A DNA stretch of 64,000 bases from Phoronis australis. Its lineage: Eukaryota; Animalia; Phoronida. The stretch covers positions 251,129-315,128 of the forward strand of contig NMRA01000168.1 in assembly GCA_002633005.1 (NCBI GenBank), read 5' to 3'. This document shows, one piece after another, positions 1 through 12,029 of the stretch. The position numbers were made by a program, and so were the translations under genes. Position 1 is the stretch's first letter; every line of letters starts with the position of its first letter. The notes under the pieces were generated by a model, which did no database searches, was not told the DNA's origin, and was given only the letters and a program-made list of their open reading frames with translations.

Positions 1-649
1 TTTTCCACAGCATGGCAGTCAGTTCTGTCAACAACAAAAATGACTGATAATAGCCATCAAAGATGCAAAATTCTAATTACAAAATGGTTTAGCCACCTTA
101 CTTACTTTGGAAAGTCGTGCCATATTGGAATTCACTATACTGCCAGATGCTGATCAGGTCTTTGGTGGACAGGCATTCAGCGCCAGCTACAGATCCTTTA
201 TAATACGGATGGGAGGTTTCAACCTTCTGATATCAATAGAGTTTTAACCCCTTTCCTGCTATTATAATGCCTACACATTTCCACTGCTGTGCGGTACGAT
301 GTACTGATGCCTTACAAAAAGGCAAACCTTTTGAAATATCAATGGAGGAACAAGGACATCATTTTCCATACAATTTCCATACAATTCCCAGAGCGTTGAA
401 AATATCCACAACAAAGCCAGTGCCTGCAGATGATGAAAGGGAGAATTTTGATTCCAGCCCTTTTCAAAAAGCCTAAATAAATTAGTGAACTAATCAACCA
501 ATGGGAGGTGATGATACTGGAATTTCTTCTTCTTTTAAATTAATGAACCACTATGTAGTAATTTAATTTCTGTCCACCAAATCTGAGTCAGGATCAATTG
601 GAAGTCACTTTAATGCTCTCATTACTCTAGAGAGCACCTATATAAAAAT

Positions 650-771
650 ATCCTATTCCTCTTCATTCTCGATCATGAGACAAGGCTACATTGACGGTGA
701 AGACCACTTCCGCCCAGCCATCATGACGGGAATTGCGAGTCATTTTGTCTGAATTCTTTTGGCTTGTACTG
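650..771 (+). repeat. Short interspersed repeat, copy 1 (related copies at about 2003-2097, 13036-13166 and 23553-23602)
   Basis: Shared blocks ttcattctc.atcatga and ggaatt...gtcattttgtctgaat.cttt. The fourth copy keeps only the 3' block. Confidence 0.65.
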
Positions 772-1034
772 TTTGTAAAGTGTCTTGCTGCTTGTTTTTG
801 CTATACTCCGATGGTTAATACATGCATTTCAGCAGGAGCAGAGCATAATACACATCTGAATGATGAACTTAGGCAGGGTAATGCTTTCAAACAGCTGAGT
901 ATTTGAGTTATTGGCAAGTTTTCCACTAAGTGTTATTGGTTTACCTAGTGTTAAACCATTTAGAACCCATACAGTGCAAAACGTTCCCTGTTATGAGGGC
1001 TAATTCTGATAACAGCTAGAATGCTTGTACTATC

Positions 1035-2000
1035 TACGTATTCGCCCCAATAAGTTCCCAGGCGCTTAGAAAAGTTCGTTAGGGGGTCACTTATTGCAAC
1101 CCAAGGCGGTTAAAACACAATCTTGGAAATGGGTGAAAGCGTAAGCTAGGATTCATTAAATTTACGCTCTGTGACGTATCTGTAACCTATGACAGACTTT
1201 TTATAAAACTGTAGTGCAATACTATCAAACTTCATTGTTAAATTATGACCTTTTTGCAGAAATTGTGCTGAAATCCCGGGGCAAAAACTCTCTGATGTGT
1301 CACAAATTACCTGAAATCCTCACTTAAGTTTTCCAAATAGCGTCTCTAAGATTTTTAAGCTCCTGTGGAGTTGGAATGAACAGCTTGGGTTGAAGTCCAA
1401 ATCTGCGCAAGATTGAACTCTGCAACACCGAAAAATCTCTGGATGAACACCTCAGAAAATACATATTGTCAGGTTACGTTTGTTTCGACTGGAATGCAGA
1501 TTGCGCTTTCTGTCTATGTGCTTTTAACACCATTGTTTTTATTCGTGAGTCAGTCGTCAACTGAATGGTACGCGATTCGTAGTTTTCAAGTGTACAAAGA
1601 AATTTGGAATCCTGGTGAGGGAGAAACTGTACGTGAAAGATACAATCTCATTGTCAAGTACGCTGTGTCTGTTCTGAAAGGCCAGACCATCGTGGGACAC
1701 GTTCCTCACGAGATTAGCATAACTGTTACATTCTTTGTGAAGCATGGAAGAAGTTTAAAATGTATAGTTACGGCTTTAGCTGCAAGGCTGGCGGTCTAGA
1801 AGTTTCGTGCACAGTGATTTTTTAGGATTGACGGATCTTGTTGATAAATTGAAGAGGTTACTGTTGAATTTTAGGAATTTAAGGTACGATCCATTTTTTG
1901 CACGTACATGTTCAGGGGCTGGGTGCTTATTTCGGCAAAGTCTGAAAATGCGTGTGTGGTGCTTGTAGGGACATAGGCGCTTATTAGAGCGAATACGGTA
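1035..2000. mobile_element. Non-autonomous TIR DNA element (Tc1/mariner-pogo-like TA-CCGTA ends) carrying a HIRAN-like fragment
   Basis: Left end ta-cgtattcgccccaataag (1035) and right end cttattagagcgaatacggta (1980-2000) are imperfect inverted repeats bounded by TA. No transposase is visible. Confidence 0.65.
1560..1866 (+). pseudogene. Decayed HIRAN-like domain
   Basis: Reads AIRSFQVYKEIWNPGEGETVRERYN..KYAVSVLKGQTIVGHVPHEIS...FFVKHGRSLKCIVT, then after frameshifts GGLEVSCTVIF* and LVDKLKRLL. This fits the recalled invertebrate standalone HIRAN-like pattern (RG.HVYK..W.P..GE...RE..N..D.YAV......VGHVP.E.S...GGLEVPC). Confidence 0.7.
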
Positions 2001-3510
2001 ACTTCCCTGTTTTAGGATCCTCATTCATTCTCAATCATGAGGTATGATGACTACTCGGACGGGGAATTACACGTCATCTCGTCTGAATACTTTTGTATTT
2101 CCCGCTCACTTCAGACATTTTTGCAAATCTATTTGAGCTGATGCTAAATGCTCCTGTATAATGTTTTTTGTTGAGTGCCTCATGTGTGCTGACCTGTTGT
2201 GTACAGTCACATACTGTCTACCTAGGGCATGATAAATAGTTTACATTTAAGGGATCCAATAAGTCTGTAGAAACTCTTATATCTTATCCTTGTTCCTTTT
2301 CAGAGTGTGTAAAATTTAGCCGTGCACTGTGTTAGACATGACTCTAAACTTGAGGAAAACTGAAGAAAGACGTTTTTGAGTCATTCAGCTTTGATGAAAA
2401 ATTAAAAACTTTTTTTTTTGATTTTCGAAAAAGTTCTGATTAAAGTTTTAGGCTGAGAGCCCTGTAATTGGTTCTTAAAAGTGAGGTGATATCTGAATGA
2501 GTGACTGGTTACAAACTGCATTTAAGGGGTCTCACAGAAATCATGCAGAGTTTGGATTTAGGTCATACTGAGTGGTCAGATGCCACTGGTTTGGCAAGTT
2601 TTACTATCAATGTCTGGTATATTTTGAAATGGGAAGCATGGAAATGTTAGTAACTTTTTGGAGTGATAAATTCTAAAAATTTCAAACTGGCTTGGTTTAT
2701 TCAAAATTTTTAAGTTAGAGGTCAGAATAGATATACATACTATATTAATTTTATTTTTCGTGGTAACAAGAACACTGATTGAATTGCTTGAATTTGGATT
2801 GTTTGTCTTTGATGTGTTGATCTGTTGTTAAACTTGAACACTATTTAAAATTTAATGCCACTCCTAAAATAGTCTTGATGTTGCATTCTGTTTTTGGTCA
2901 TGGTGCACTTAATTCATGAGTTATTTTCATGTCTGCTTCAACATCAAATGATTAAGGTAAATCACCCCTGTCACATGACATGATGGCGAGACAGGTGTTT
3001 TTTGTATACATTTTACTGGTGTTACATTTCTGGGTGTCAGTCATTCATTTGTGTGGTACACTGTATACATGTCTCTCTGCATTTTTTAATCTCAAAACTA
3101 CACGTCTTGCATCACCACCTATTAGACATCCTGTCTAAGAATCTTTGTTTTAATGTTAATGTTAAGAATTACTTCTTAAGCAGAAAAAACAACTTCAGTT
3201 GGTTTGCAAGTGATTTCCACAATTCTTTCTGGCATTTTTCAGTAAATGTAAAATTTTACATCCCACTAGTCAAGTTTTTGCCACTTAATGTTGTCAGGAA
3301 ATGTTGACATGAAACTGACATGCTCTGTTTTTAAGAAGTATTGCGGTACACTGAAAGTGTGCTAGACATTCAGATTTTCCTCACTATGCTGTTTGATCAG
3401 TATGAAGTATTTATGCTGCACACTCTGTTGTTTTGGTTTCCATGGTGTTTTTGTAGCTTGCACAGTAGTGTTCAGCTCAGGTAATTTTTTCTGTTTAGGC
3501 ATGCAGAGGC

Positions 3511-3883
3511 AGGTCACTTACCACCCATAGTGGAGCCCTGCAGGAGCAGGATCCTTACCACCCATAAATGAGTGCTCAAGGAAGGGACACTTACCACCCA
3601 TAGTTGAGCCGATCATGGGGTAGGACACTTACCACCCATACTTGAGCGCTGCTGAAGCAGGACATTTACCATCCATTGTTGAGCCCTCATGACTGGTGGG
3701 ACACTTACCACCCATAGTTGAGCCCTGAAGGGTGGGACACTTACCACCCATAGTTGAGCCCTGAAGGGTGGGACACTTACCACCCATAGTTGAGCCCTCA
3801 CAGGGAAGAGACTCTTACCACCCATTTTTGATCCCTGCAGCGGCAGGATACTTACCACCCATTGTTGAGCACTACTGAAGTAG
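3511..3883. repeat. Tandem array of 10 units of 35-39 bp: constant core plus variable tail
   Basis: The core ggacacttaccacccatagttgagc recurs 10 times, each followed by a divergent 10-14 nt segment. Confidence 0.95.
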
Positions 3884-6057
3884 CTAATAATGGACCCTAC
3901 TTCCTACTGGATTTCAAAGATTTATTTTTGAAAATATGAAGCTGAAGGAATTTACTAAAACCATTATTTATTTCTTGAAATAATAACATTAAAGAAAAAA
4001 ATGATGCTGGAGACAAAAAAATTATGTCTACTCACAAGAACAGGCATGCACACAATCATCTTACTTACTTAATAACAGTTGTTATAAGTAAGAAATAAGG
4101 GTTTCCCAAAAACAGTTCGAAGGGTTAGAGATTTCTTAGAATACAGTAGTTATACACTACAGGCAGTATTTCAAATGTATATACATAAGGATCATCTGGT
4201 CTCTAAAATGTTTATTAATAAAATGTAGACAAATATTTAATATGGGATTAGCAGCCTCAAAATTGCATCCAAAATATGCCATCTAAACATTTTTATCTAA
4301 CAGGGCTTGACAGAAGTGAGTAAATACTCGAAAGTACGAGTGATTATTGACCTCATTCGTATCACTCATACAGGCGTTGACCATACATATGGTGATTTTT
4401 TGGTCGTCGGAGTTGCCGATAACAAGATGTCTGGCTGTACACCCAGTGATCTTGTCTAACGTTGTCCACGGCCTGTTTTGAGAAATCTAGTAGAAACGGT
4501 TGTCCTCTTAAAGCGTAACTTGTAGGCTATGATTGCTTGGCTAAGTTAAGTTAAAAACACAACATATAATAACGATGTGAATATGAATTAGGTTAAAAAT
4601 TGCCAAATGTTTTTAAGAACAAGTTTTGTGTCAAAAATGATCCGCCGTAAATCACTCAACTGTGTCCAGTAAGTATTGTGATGTGGTGTTGGTGAATAAC
4701 ACTGCATGGTGTACACTATGTGAGCCCCCAAGGTACATCATTAGTGCAAAGGTCACCTATTTGCAGAATTTTTTGTTTTCACATTTACGAGTTGCCAATG
4801 AATACAAGTGCACTTTGTTTAGCGTAGATGGTGTTCAAATAGCATTGTCATTTAGTTTCTGCTATACATTACCATAGATTGGAACATGCATCTTTAATAA
4901 TTGCCATTTAAGAATTCTAATTAACGGCGATAAAGCCCGCGCCACACTGAAAATGGAGATGTGGGCGCTTTGTCACTGAGCCACAGAGTAGCCTTGGTCA
5001 CCCGTGACCTTCGATATTGAAATACACTGTACACAGACTGGAAGTTCTAAGGATTTCTTGTTAATTGTCAATGGGAAAGTTAAATGGGTGCTTGTGTATT
5101 CAAGTAGCTAAGTATGCAGTTTGAAATAGGACTGGAGAAACTACACGTTGAAAAAATACTTGCTAAAATTACATGTCTGACCTGCCATACGAATGTCCCC
5201 AAAGTAATTGAAGACGCAAACAACTTAAATCTAAGTGTGAACTCCCTCCAGTTGTTTGCATTGTTCAAACTTTTGCAACTTGAGTGATTGAAAAACTTAC
5301 TGTCAGAAAACTTTAGCGAGGCACGGTATGTTCAGGTCAAATGATGTATTGATGCGCGAGAATGATGTAGTGTGAATTTCACTTATTCAATGACTAATTT
5401 TGCATGAAATAAAAGCCTTGAAATATATCGACTTTGGTTGAAATTCCATTATTGAGTAGTTTTTTCCTTTGGCACTGAAAACGCACCAAATATGGAGAAA
5501 ATAGGTCAGCCACAAAACTTCTGGTGGTCCCTAGTTTGCTTGCTTGGTATTGATTACGTGCCCTAGATATGGAAAAAGTAGGTCAGGCACAAAATGTCAC
5601 ATGTGGAGCACCAGTTACTTAGGCTTCAGATGTGAGCAAGGGAGGGATTTGGCTTTTAAAATTGTAAGAAAAGAATGGTTCTTTTGAAGAATGAATTTGT
5701 TGCATAGTACAAGAGGCTGTGGTAGACTTTAGATGAGCGTTTCAACAACTCATCATAAGGGCCTTGAGCTCACAGCCCACATCCAACTTTTTTGGTCGCC
5801 AGTCTTTACGAACCCGAATTCTGGAATACGATTTCAGTTGCAATTAAGACATCACTCGTATTTTCGAACATACAATTTTGCCTGCATCCAATGCTGTATA
5901 AGATTAAATCTTGTTGAGCTGGTAAGCAGACTAAAAGTTTTTGAATCTCCTACCACAAAATTTTCACATGGTTTCAACAGCTCCACAAGATGCACGTGTG
6001 TGTAATCGCATCTTTTCTTAAATGCTTTTGTATAAACTTTCCTGCTCAACGTCATAT

Positions 6058-6960
6058 TTAGACTTCACGTTGACTTGTTCCTTGTCTTTGTGACGTAGAT
6101 AATTCCTCTTTTAAAGTACTATATTCAAGTGTTCTAAGTAAAGGCTTTTTTAGGTTTTGCCAGAAATATTTATAGAAGTCATTTCCTGTATACTTATTGT
6201 TTTTACAAACTTTTAAAAGTTCAAAAAGTTCACCCTCGGTTAAAGGGTCATCCAGTTGCTCAAAGGTGTTTCCTTTGTGATATTGAATAAATTGGGTATA
6301 GAGTTGGAGTACGCATTTAACAATTTGTGAAAACAATGGAGTAATAATTAGTTTAATAATTAAAAATTGTTTCTGACTTAATTTGAGCAGGATCTTTTAT
6401 GAACTGCCCATGTTTATTTTGACGTATGCTTAAGGTAAAAATTTTCAGTTTGGGACACATTGTAGCGGAAAGGTGAAGTTACGCTTTGTCAACTTTGTCA
6501 ACAAAAATAACATTTACTTTGTTTTTAGTGTGGTTTGTGGAGTAGCTATTACCAATTGAAAGAACATTTTGTAAAGTGTTGAGCATTTACAACAGTAGCT
6601 GTGATAAAACTCTGATGAAAAATATCATTATGGCAACTATTTTTGTCCCCAAATTTTACTATATACATTTTTAAAAATGGTTCTCTTCTCTGCTGAAGCA
6701 AAAAAGAGTTACTTTCCCTGACTTCAATTAAATGGGTCTTCTTATCATTTGCCCAGGAACTGTCTGGTTTTGCAGTAATTGCTGATCAGTTTTTGCTCTT
6801 TTCAAGTTCTGAACTGTGAATTCCCTCATCAACTCTGCTTTCAAATCACCTGTTGAGATGTTAATAAGTTCTACCAACTTTTCTTCACCATTTTCTAATT
6901 TCTTTTTCATCTTCGAGTCCCTCATGGCATATTCTCTTATTTTCATTTAAACCATTCCCC
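6058..6960 (-). mobile_element. Degenerate L1/Tx1-clade LINE ORF2 remnant (linker between endonuclease and RT)
   Basis: ORF fragments MKIREYAMRDSKMKKKLE and LDDPLTEGELFELLKVCKNNK..G.DFYKYFWQNLKKPLL..LEYS..KEELSTSQRQG follow the typical L1/Tx1 pre-RT motif (KNNKSPG.DG...EFYK.FW..L....GELS.SQRQG), in the right order on the minus strand. Confidence 0.8.
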
Positions 6961-7465
6961 TTTTCATATTTCAGTTACTTTTAAGTAACTTTTTCACACA
7001 CTTTATCAATACTTAACCGACGTCGAATTGATCTCCAGGTGATACCTGGGTTAGGGAAGTTATCACAAGGTGGCACTGCAAAATCATGCTGACATATTTA
7101 TAGGTCCCCACAAAAATTTCTGAGGTATGCTGTGGGACTGCGCTATTACCAGTTGTTTTTTAATGGCCCCTTTGGTCTTACAGGATATTCTTTGTTTGTC
7201 AGATTTTTGATTAACCTCGCCAATGAAGCCTGGCAAACAGGTCAATTTTCAACTTAGCTATCATAATGGCCAAACAGTGTACTTTCTTATTGTTTTCTGC
7301 ACGGGGGGGGGGGGAGGGGGGGGGCAAATCACGTAATAAGTGTGAGTCTCTGAGAGATGCAAACCAAGGGGAATCACAACAGCACAACAGCACAACAGTG
7401 GGAGGTGTGAGTTGCCATAACTACCGCTCTTGTCACCATGTGTCAAGCACTATGAGGGATTACAA

Positions 7466-7560
7466 AGTGATGATCTCTTGCACATTTGATAGCTTAGAGC
7501 CCTGTTATTAATAATTAATAACAGGGCTCTAAGCTATCAAATGTGCATAAGATCATCACT
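7466..7560. repeat. 95-bp near-perfect palindrome
   Basis: 47-bp arms agtgatgatctcttgcacatttgatagcttagagccctgttattaat and its reverse complement, with 2 mismatches and a 1-nt centre. Confidence 0.95.
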
Positions 7561-8919
7561 GTGTGCAGAAATGTATGCAACTATGTCACTGTAGTATTGT
7601 TACTTTGCTGGAAACTGTGCTTTGGGTCTGTGGACTTGAATATTTGAAATAAATGAAAATCTGTGTGGCCATTCTACTAAAAATTTAAGTTTTTACATAA
7701 GTCTCTGTGGCCGTTCACTGATTACTCAGTAACCACCGGGCCATTAAAGATAATTCAGTGGCTGCCGAGGTTGGTGTGCAAGAGACTCTTGTGTTAACAG
7801 TTACATCTTCCACTCTTTCCTACTTGTCAACAGTAGAATAAACATACATATTTTTAGCAGCAACCTTGACATTAATGTGAAACCGTCTTCCAGTAATTAG
7901 AAATGACACATGCCAGCCTTCATGGATTTTTTTAAAAGTAGGACTATTGTATGAAGTGATTACTCTATTTTCATTACTACCCTTGGTAATTCTTTTAACA
8001 CATTTCTATTAGGAGTCCGTTATTTTGTACGCTCATGCAAAGTTTCGATTTTACCGACGATGTTATCGTTGAGGTTAGTTTGACACAGGTTACGTGTAAG
8101 TACATGTATTTCAACTTCACGGTAGTGTTATTGTTCTTTTGATGAATTCTACGAAACTTGCTAAAAATGTGGGGGGGAAGTGTCACCATAAACATCAAGA
8201 GCATCTAATGTAGCTACACAACAATTGTGTCAAAACACACTCGCAGTTTTTCAGAGGCAATCGTGTTAGCACTTTACCATGCTTTCTGTCTATCGGTTAT
8301 TTCCTTGATATGCTTTTAACACAAGAACTGATGTTCAGTCGTGTTTTCTTTATTGCAATAAATCGTTTTATGCAACACCAAATAACAAGCTCTGTCCTTG
8401 ACCATCTGGTTTCTTTGGTGTTAACGATCTTGCTACACACACAAGTTCTTGTGAAAATGCCTGCAGTTTTTGGGGTAACTAAAACTGACACCTGAAAGTG
8501 ACCCTTGTGTCGACTGACGTTTTTGTTACTAGCAAATGTGCAATTGAAAATGCTTGAGTACTTTTAGCCTGTTGATGTGAATAGAGTATAAGGTTGTGAT
8601 GTTCCATGGCTCTTTAAAAATTGTCTGAATGTGTCCGTTTTTCCTACAGGATTTCTGCGCTTGTAAGACAAAAATTGCTAGAAGCGCTAATAAGTTATAG
8701 TTATCTTAGCTATCAATACTTTTTACGTATGTAATGATTGAAATCATAAAAGAATGCCCACGTATTATGGCACTGATTGTTTTCATTTAGGTGCTCACTC
8801 TGAGAGATGACTGCCATTACAATATGGCTTTCCACATTCAAGTTCATCAGTTTTCCTGAACTTTTTCAACCTTCCATTTAGCCTTTAGTTAAGACTTAAC
8901 GTTAATGTCTCGTTTTCAG

Positions 8920-11900
8920 TGCTGATCAAACGTTGGTAGACCGAATGGAGAATGACGACCGTCTTGGTGAAGTAGACTCTGATTGCATCAACATAATGCC
9001 ACCTATTGACAAGTTAGTGCAAGATGAGGACTGGGTAGGCGACGCCACGTAAGTTATTTAATATGTTATACAGAGTTATAGTTGTAATTTCGATACAGTG
9101 CTAAGCAGCTATATATTCATGTTTCCTGTCATTGAAATGAAGTGTTGTGTGTGCTTGTAAAAACAGAATTGATGTTCGTGACATGAGAAATATAGGTTGT
9201 GAGAAGAGAATGCTGTTTTGTATTACCAGTGTGGTCCTCAAGAGAACTTTCATTTTATAGAAAAATCGTTTTCCTTGTTTTAAATGCAACTGTAAGTAAG
9301 TAGCTGTAAACACAAAATGGAACTGTTTTCTGAGTTTTGCTACTAACAAGTGTCCAACACTGTTTAGTTGATGAGAGACAGATAACAGTGTAATATGTCA
9401 TCTTCATCACCTCCAATCATGCTTGATCCGTGTCAACTGTTCTTTCAATTAATATTTCATAGCTCTAACGCTCATGTTTTTCCACATACACTCTGTAATG
9501 TCTGTCGGCATTGCCAGGCTTGTCCTTAAGGGGGCGCTGTAAAACAACCATCAAATCACTAATGTTTGATTAAGACCATGTACTGGTACAAAAATTGGTC
9601 TCGAAAATTGATCTTGAAAATTGGCCCTGACTTGTTTCTTACTCAGATTAGAAGTTATTTCTAGGCTTGCCAAGAGCAGAAAGTTTGTTTTTATTGAGCC
9701 AAATTGTAGTGCCTTGTTCGAGTAGTCTCAAACAATAACAGAATGTCAATTGTTTCAATGCCCTGAAATCACCTTTAAATTGACTAAGGAAATTTTTTGG
9801 ACCTGTTTCATGAATTAAAAGCTGTGTTTTTGTGAGGGAAGGCAGGTTTATAACCATTTTAAGCAAGTCCGGGTTTTATGGTGATGGGTTGTTGGCATGT
9901 CAACCTTGATTTCAGGAATTATAGAAATTTTGGGTAATTGATTTTTCTCCAAAAATAATATGAAAATCCAAATTTATTAAGATGGCATTTGTTGCAATCC
10001 AAATCCTCAGCATTTTCTTACTCCAAATGGTTACATTTTGATGAGGTGGTAACCGAACATTCCTTGGACTCCATTGCAGGGGTCTTATACCACACTGCCT
10101 CCCGATATTGAAAACATGCCACCAGCTGACAGAGAAACTGGTTGCCTTGACAATGGGCAATGCAGGCCAGTTGCGAAGTCCCGAAAGTCTGACTGAGATT
10201 GTGACAATAGCCAAAAGGATCTCACCTCGTGTCGATGATGTTGTGAGATCCATGTACCCTCCACTTGATCCTCGTCTGCTGGAAGCAAGGTCTGTTTGAG
10301 TTTTAACATCTATTCATGAAGTATTCGTTAATAACAGTGACAAAAATAGTGGAACAACTGACCTATTCACCGATGACATTTTGATCTTTATATATTCCGT
10401 GCTGCATGTTAAGTTTTGAAATTAGTACTACAGTGTAACTGTGCATTTTCTTCCACGTGGTCGATTTGTTAAAAAATGGTGTAGGTGGTCTGATACACAT
10501 TGCGCAGGCTGTGCAGCTGGGCCCATTGCACAAAGCACCTGAAACCGTTATTCATTTATGACTTATTTAACATGTATACACAAACTAACACAGAGTTGAA
10601 GATCTAGAGACCTGACTCAAGGATTTAGCAGTGGGGTCCATTTAGATTCAGACCTATAACCTTATGAACAGGAGACACGCACTTAATTGCCTCCTTAGTC
10701 CAATTTGACATTAAATATTAATTGATTATTTAACAAATCCAATGGCAAATAGTTTATTACATTCAAATATCATTGGGCACTTAACTTCATCATTTAAGGT
10801 TACATGTGCCCCTAGTTAAAATGTTGTCTTCTTGATATATGTAAGTAACTAGCGACTGTCAATTCATAAAAGTATGTATTTCTGAAACTAGGAACAAGAC
10901 AAATTTAATCATGACGTTCACAACACTGTACCATTTGCGTGGTCATGTGACCATGTGTTTTTGTCTGAAATGTCATTTGTGGAAAGGTACATTGATAGGG
11001 AAGAAGTCCTTTTGCCAGCATTCTCCAAATTTTCTTTGGTAAAACTTTGATAAAAATGCTCATAAATTGTGTCGATGTTTTAATGGTATTTTTTCTAAAA
11101 TAAGGATACTAACCTTAGTAACAGATGATGAAAGCAGCTGATGATGCAGTTTGACTTATTAATGTTACTCACACTAACTGCAGGTGTGCTCAATGCTTCC
11201 AGGTGTACTGCGTTGGTGCTGTCTGTCACCCACCTGGTGATAGTGACCAAGAATGCCTGCTGTCTGTCTGGTGTCATGGATTGGATTGACCAGTCACTAG
11301 CTGACATAGAGGACCACTTGGCAGTGAGTAGAGGGGCTGGGATTTTCCATGCATTTCGAAAATGCAGTGAATTTTAAACGTTTGCTCTTATTAAGTCGAC
11401 TCTTAGCTTTACTCAAAGGAAATTGTGCAGTACGCGCATTGTAGCTGGTGTTTAGATAAGTCGGATTTCTTCTTATTTGAATAAAATATCGTTCCGTTCC
11501 TTTTGGATCTGTCTTGTACAAGCAGTTGTTGGTTTCATTTTTGGCCTTTGGCTGAATGTCATTGGTTGTGTTTCAGATATTGAAGGAAGCTAGTATTAAC
11601 GTGGAACATGCCATACGCCTTTCTGCCAATTTACACAGCACAAACATTAGTCATGTGCCTGGTAGTCCATCGCATGACCACCAGGTGGCCAATGGCTACG
11701 TTCTTAGTGGGTCATATGACCAGCCCGCCGCCAGTAGTGAAGCTGCTGGCGGCCACAGCTCTCGGGCACAAGACTCTACCCTGCTGCAGAACCGGGTTCC
11801 CAATGGAAATATCTCTGTGGATAGAGACAGTATACAGTTGACTGAGAATATCAGGGCTTGTGCTCAGCCAATAGATCCACAGGTGAACCCAATCAGCAGC

Positions 11901-12029
11901 ACACAGTCAAGTCCCAGTTGCCATAAAAAGACAGTAGACAGTTATCCAGACATACAGCGTGCCATACACAAGAATATGGTGCAGGTGCCCCTGACTGTGC
12001 ATCGCTCGAATGAAACATCGCAGGTTTAG
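8920..12029 (+). CDS. TMEM98: Transmembrane protein 98 orthologue, 5'-partial (4 coding exons seen)
   Basis: Exons 8920-9048, 10080-10289, 11203-11323 and 11577-12029 have AG/GT ends and consistent phases. They translate to ...EDWVGDATGLIPHCLPILKTCHQLTEKLVALTMG...AKRISPRVDDVVRSMYPPLDPRLLEARCTALVLSVTHLVIVTKNACCLSGVMDWIDQSLADIEDHLAILKEA..., which closely matches recalled vertebrate TMEM98 (KRISPRVDDVVKSMYPPLDPKLLDAR). The N-terminal TM exon was not found and is probably upstream of the window. Confidence 0.95.

Noticed and set aside
60-480. Possible DIRS/Ngaro retroelement remnant on - (LKPPIRII, VLVPPLIF, IPIW-like words)
   Set aside because: The motifs are scattered across frames and too degenerate to support without a profile search.
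2042-2090. C/D box snoRNA-like ATGATGA...CTGA with a terminal stem
   Set aside because: Only about 48 nt, and part of a dispersed repeat whose other copies lack box C.
3400-3480. Possible missing first coding exon of TMEM98 (AG...GTAAT with hydrophobic reading frames)
   Set aside because: No resemblance to the conserved VAIGVLATIF..L..VC transmembrane segment in the phase-compatible frame.
3511-3883. CRISPR array
   Set aside because: Eukaryotic intronic context, spacers only 10-14 nt and related to each other, no cas genes or leader.
4301-7452. Large hAT element bounded by cagggcttgaca and tgtcaagcacta
   Set aside because: The TIR match is imperfect and the flanking 8-mers (ttatctaa vs tgagggat) are not a TSD.
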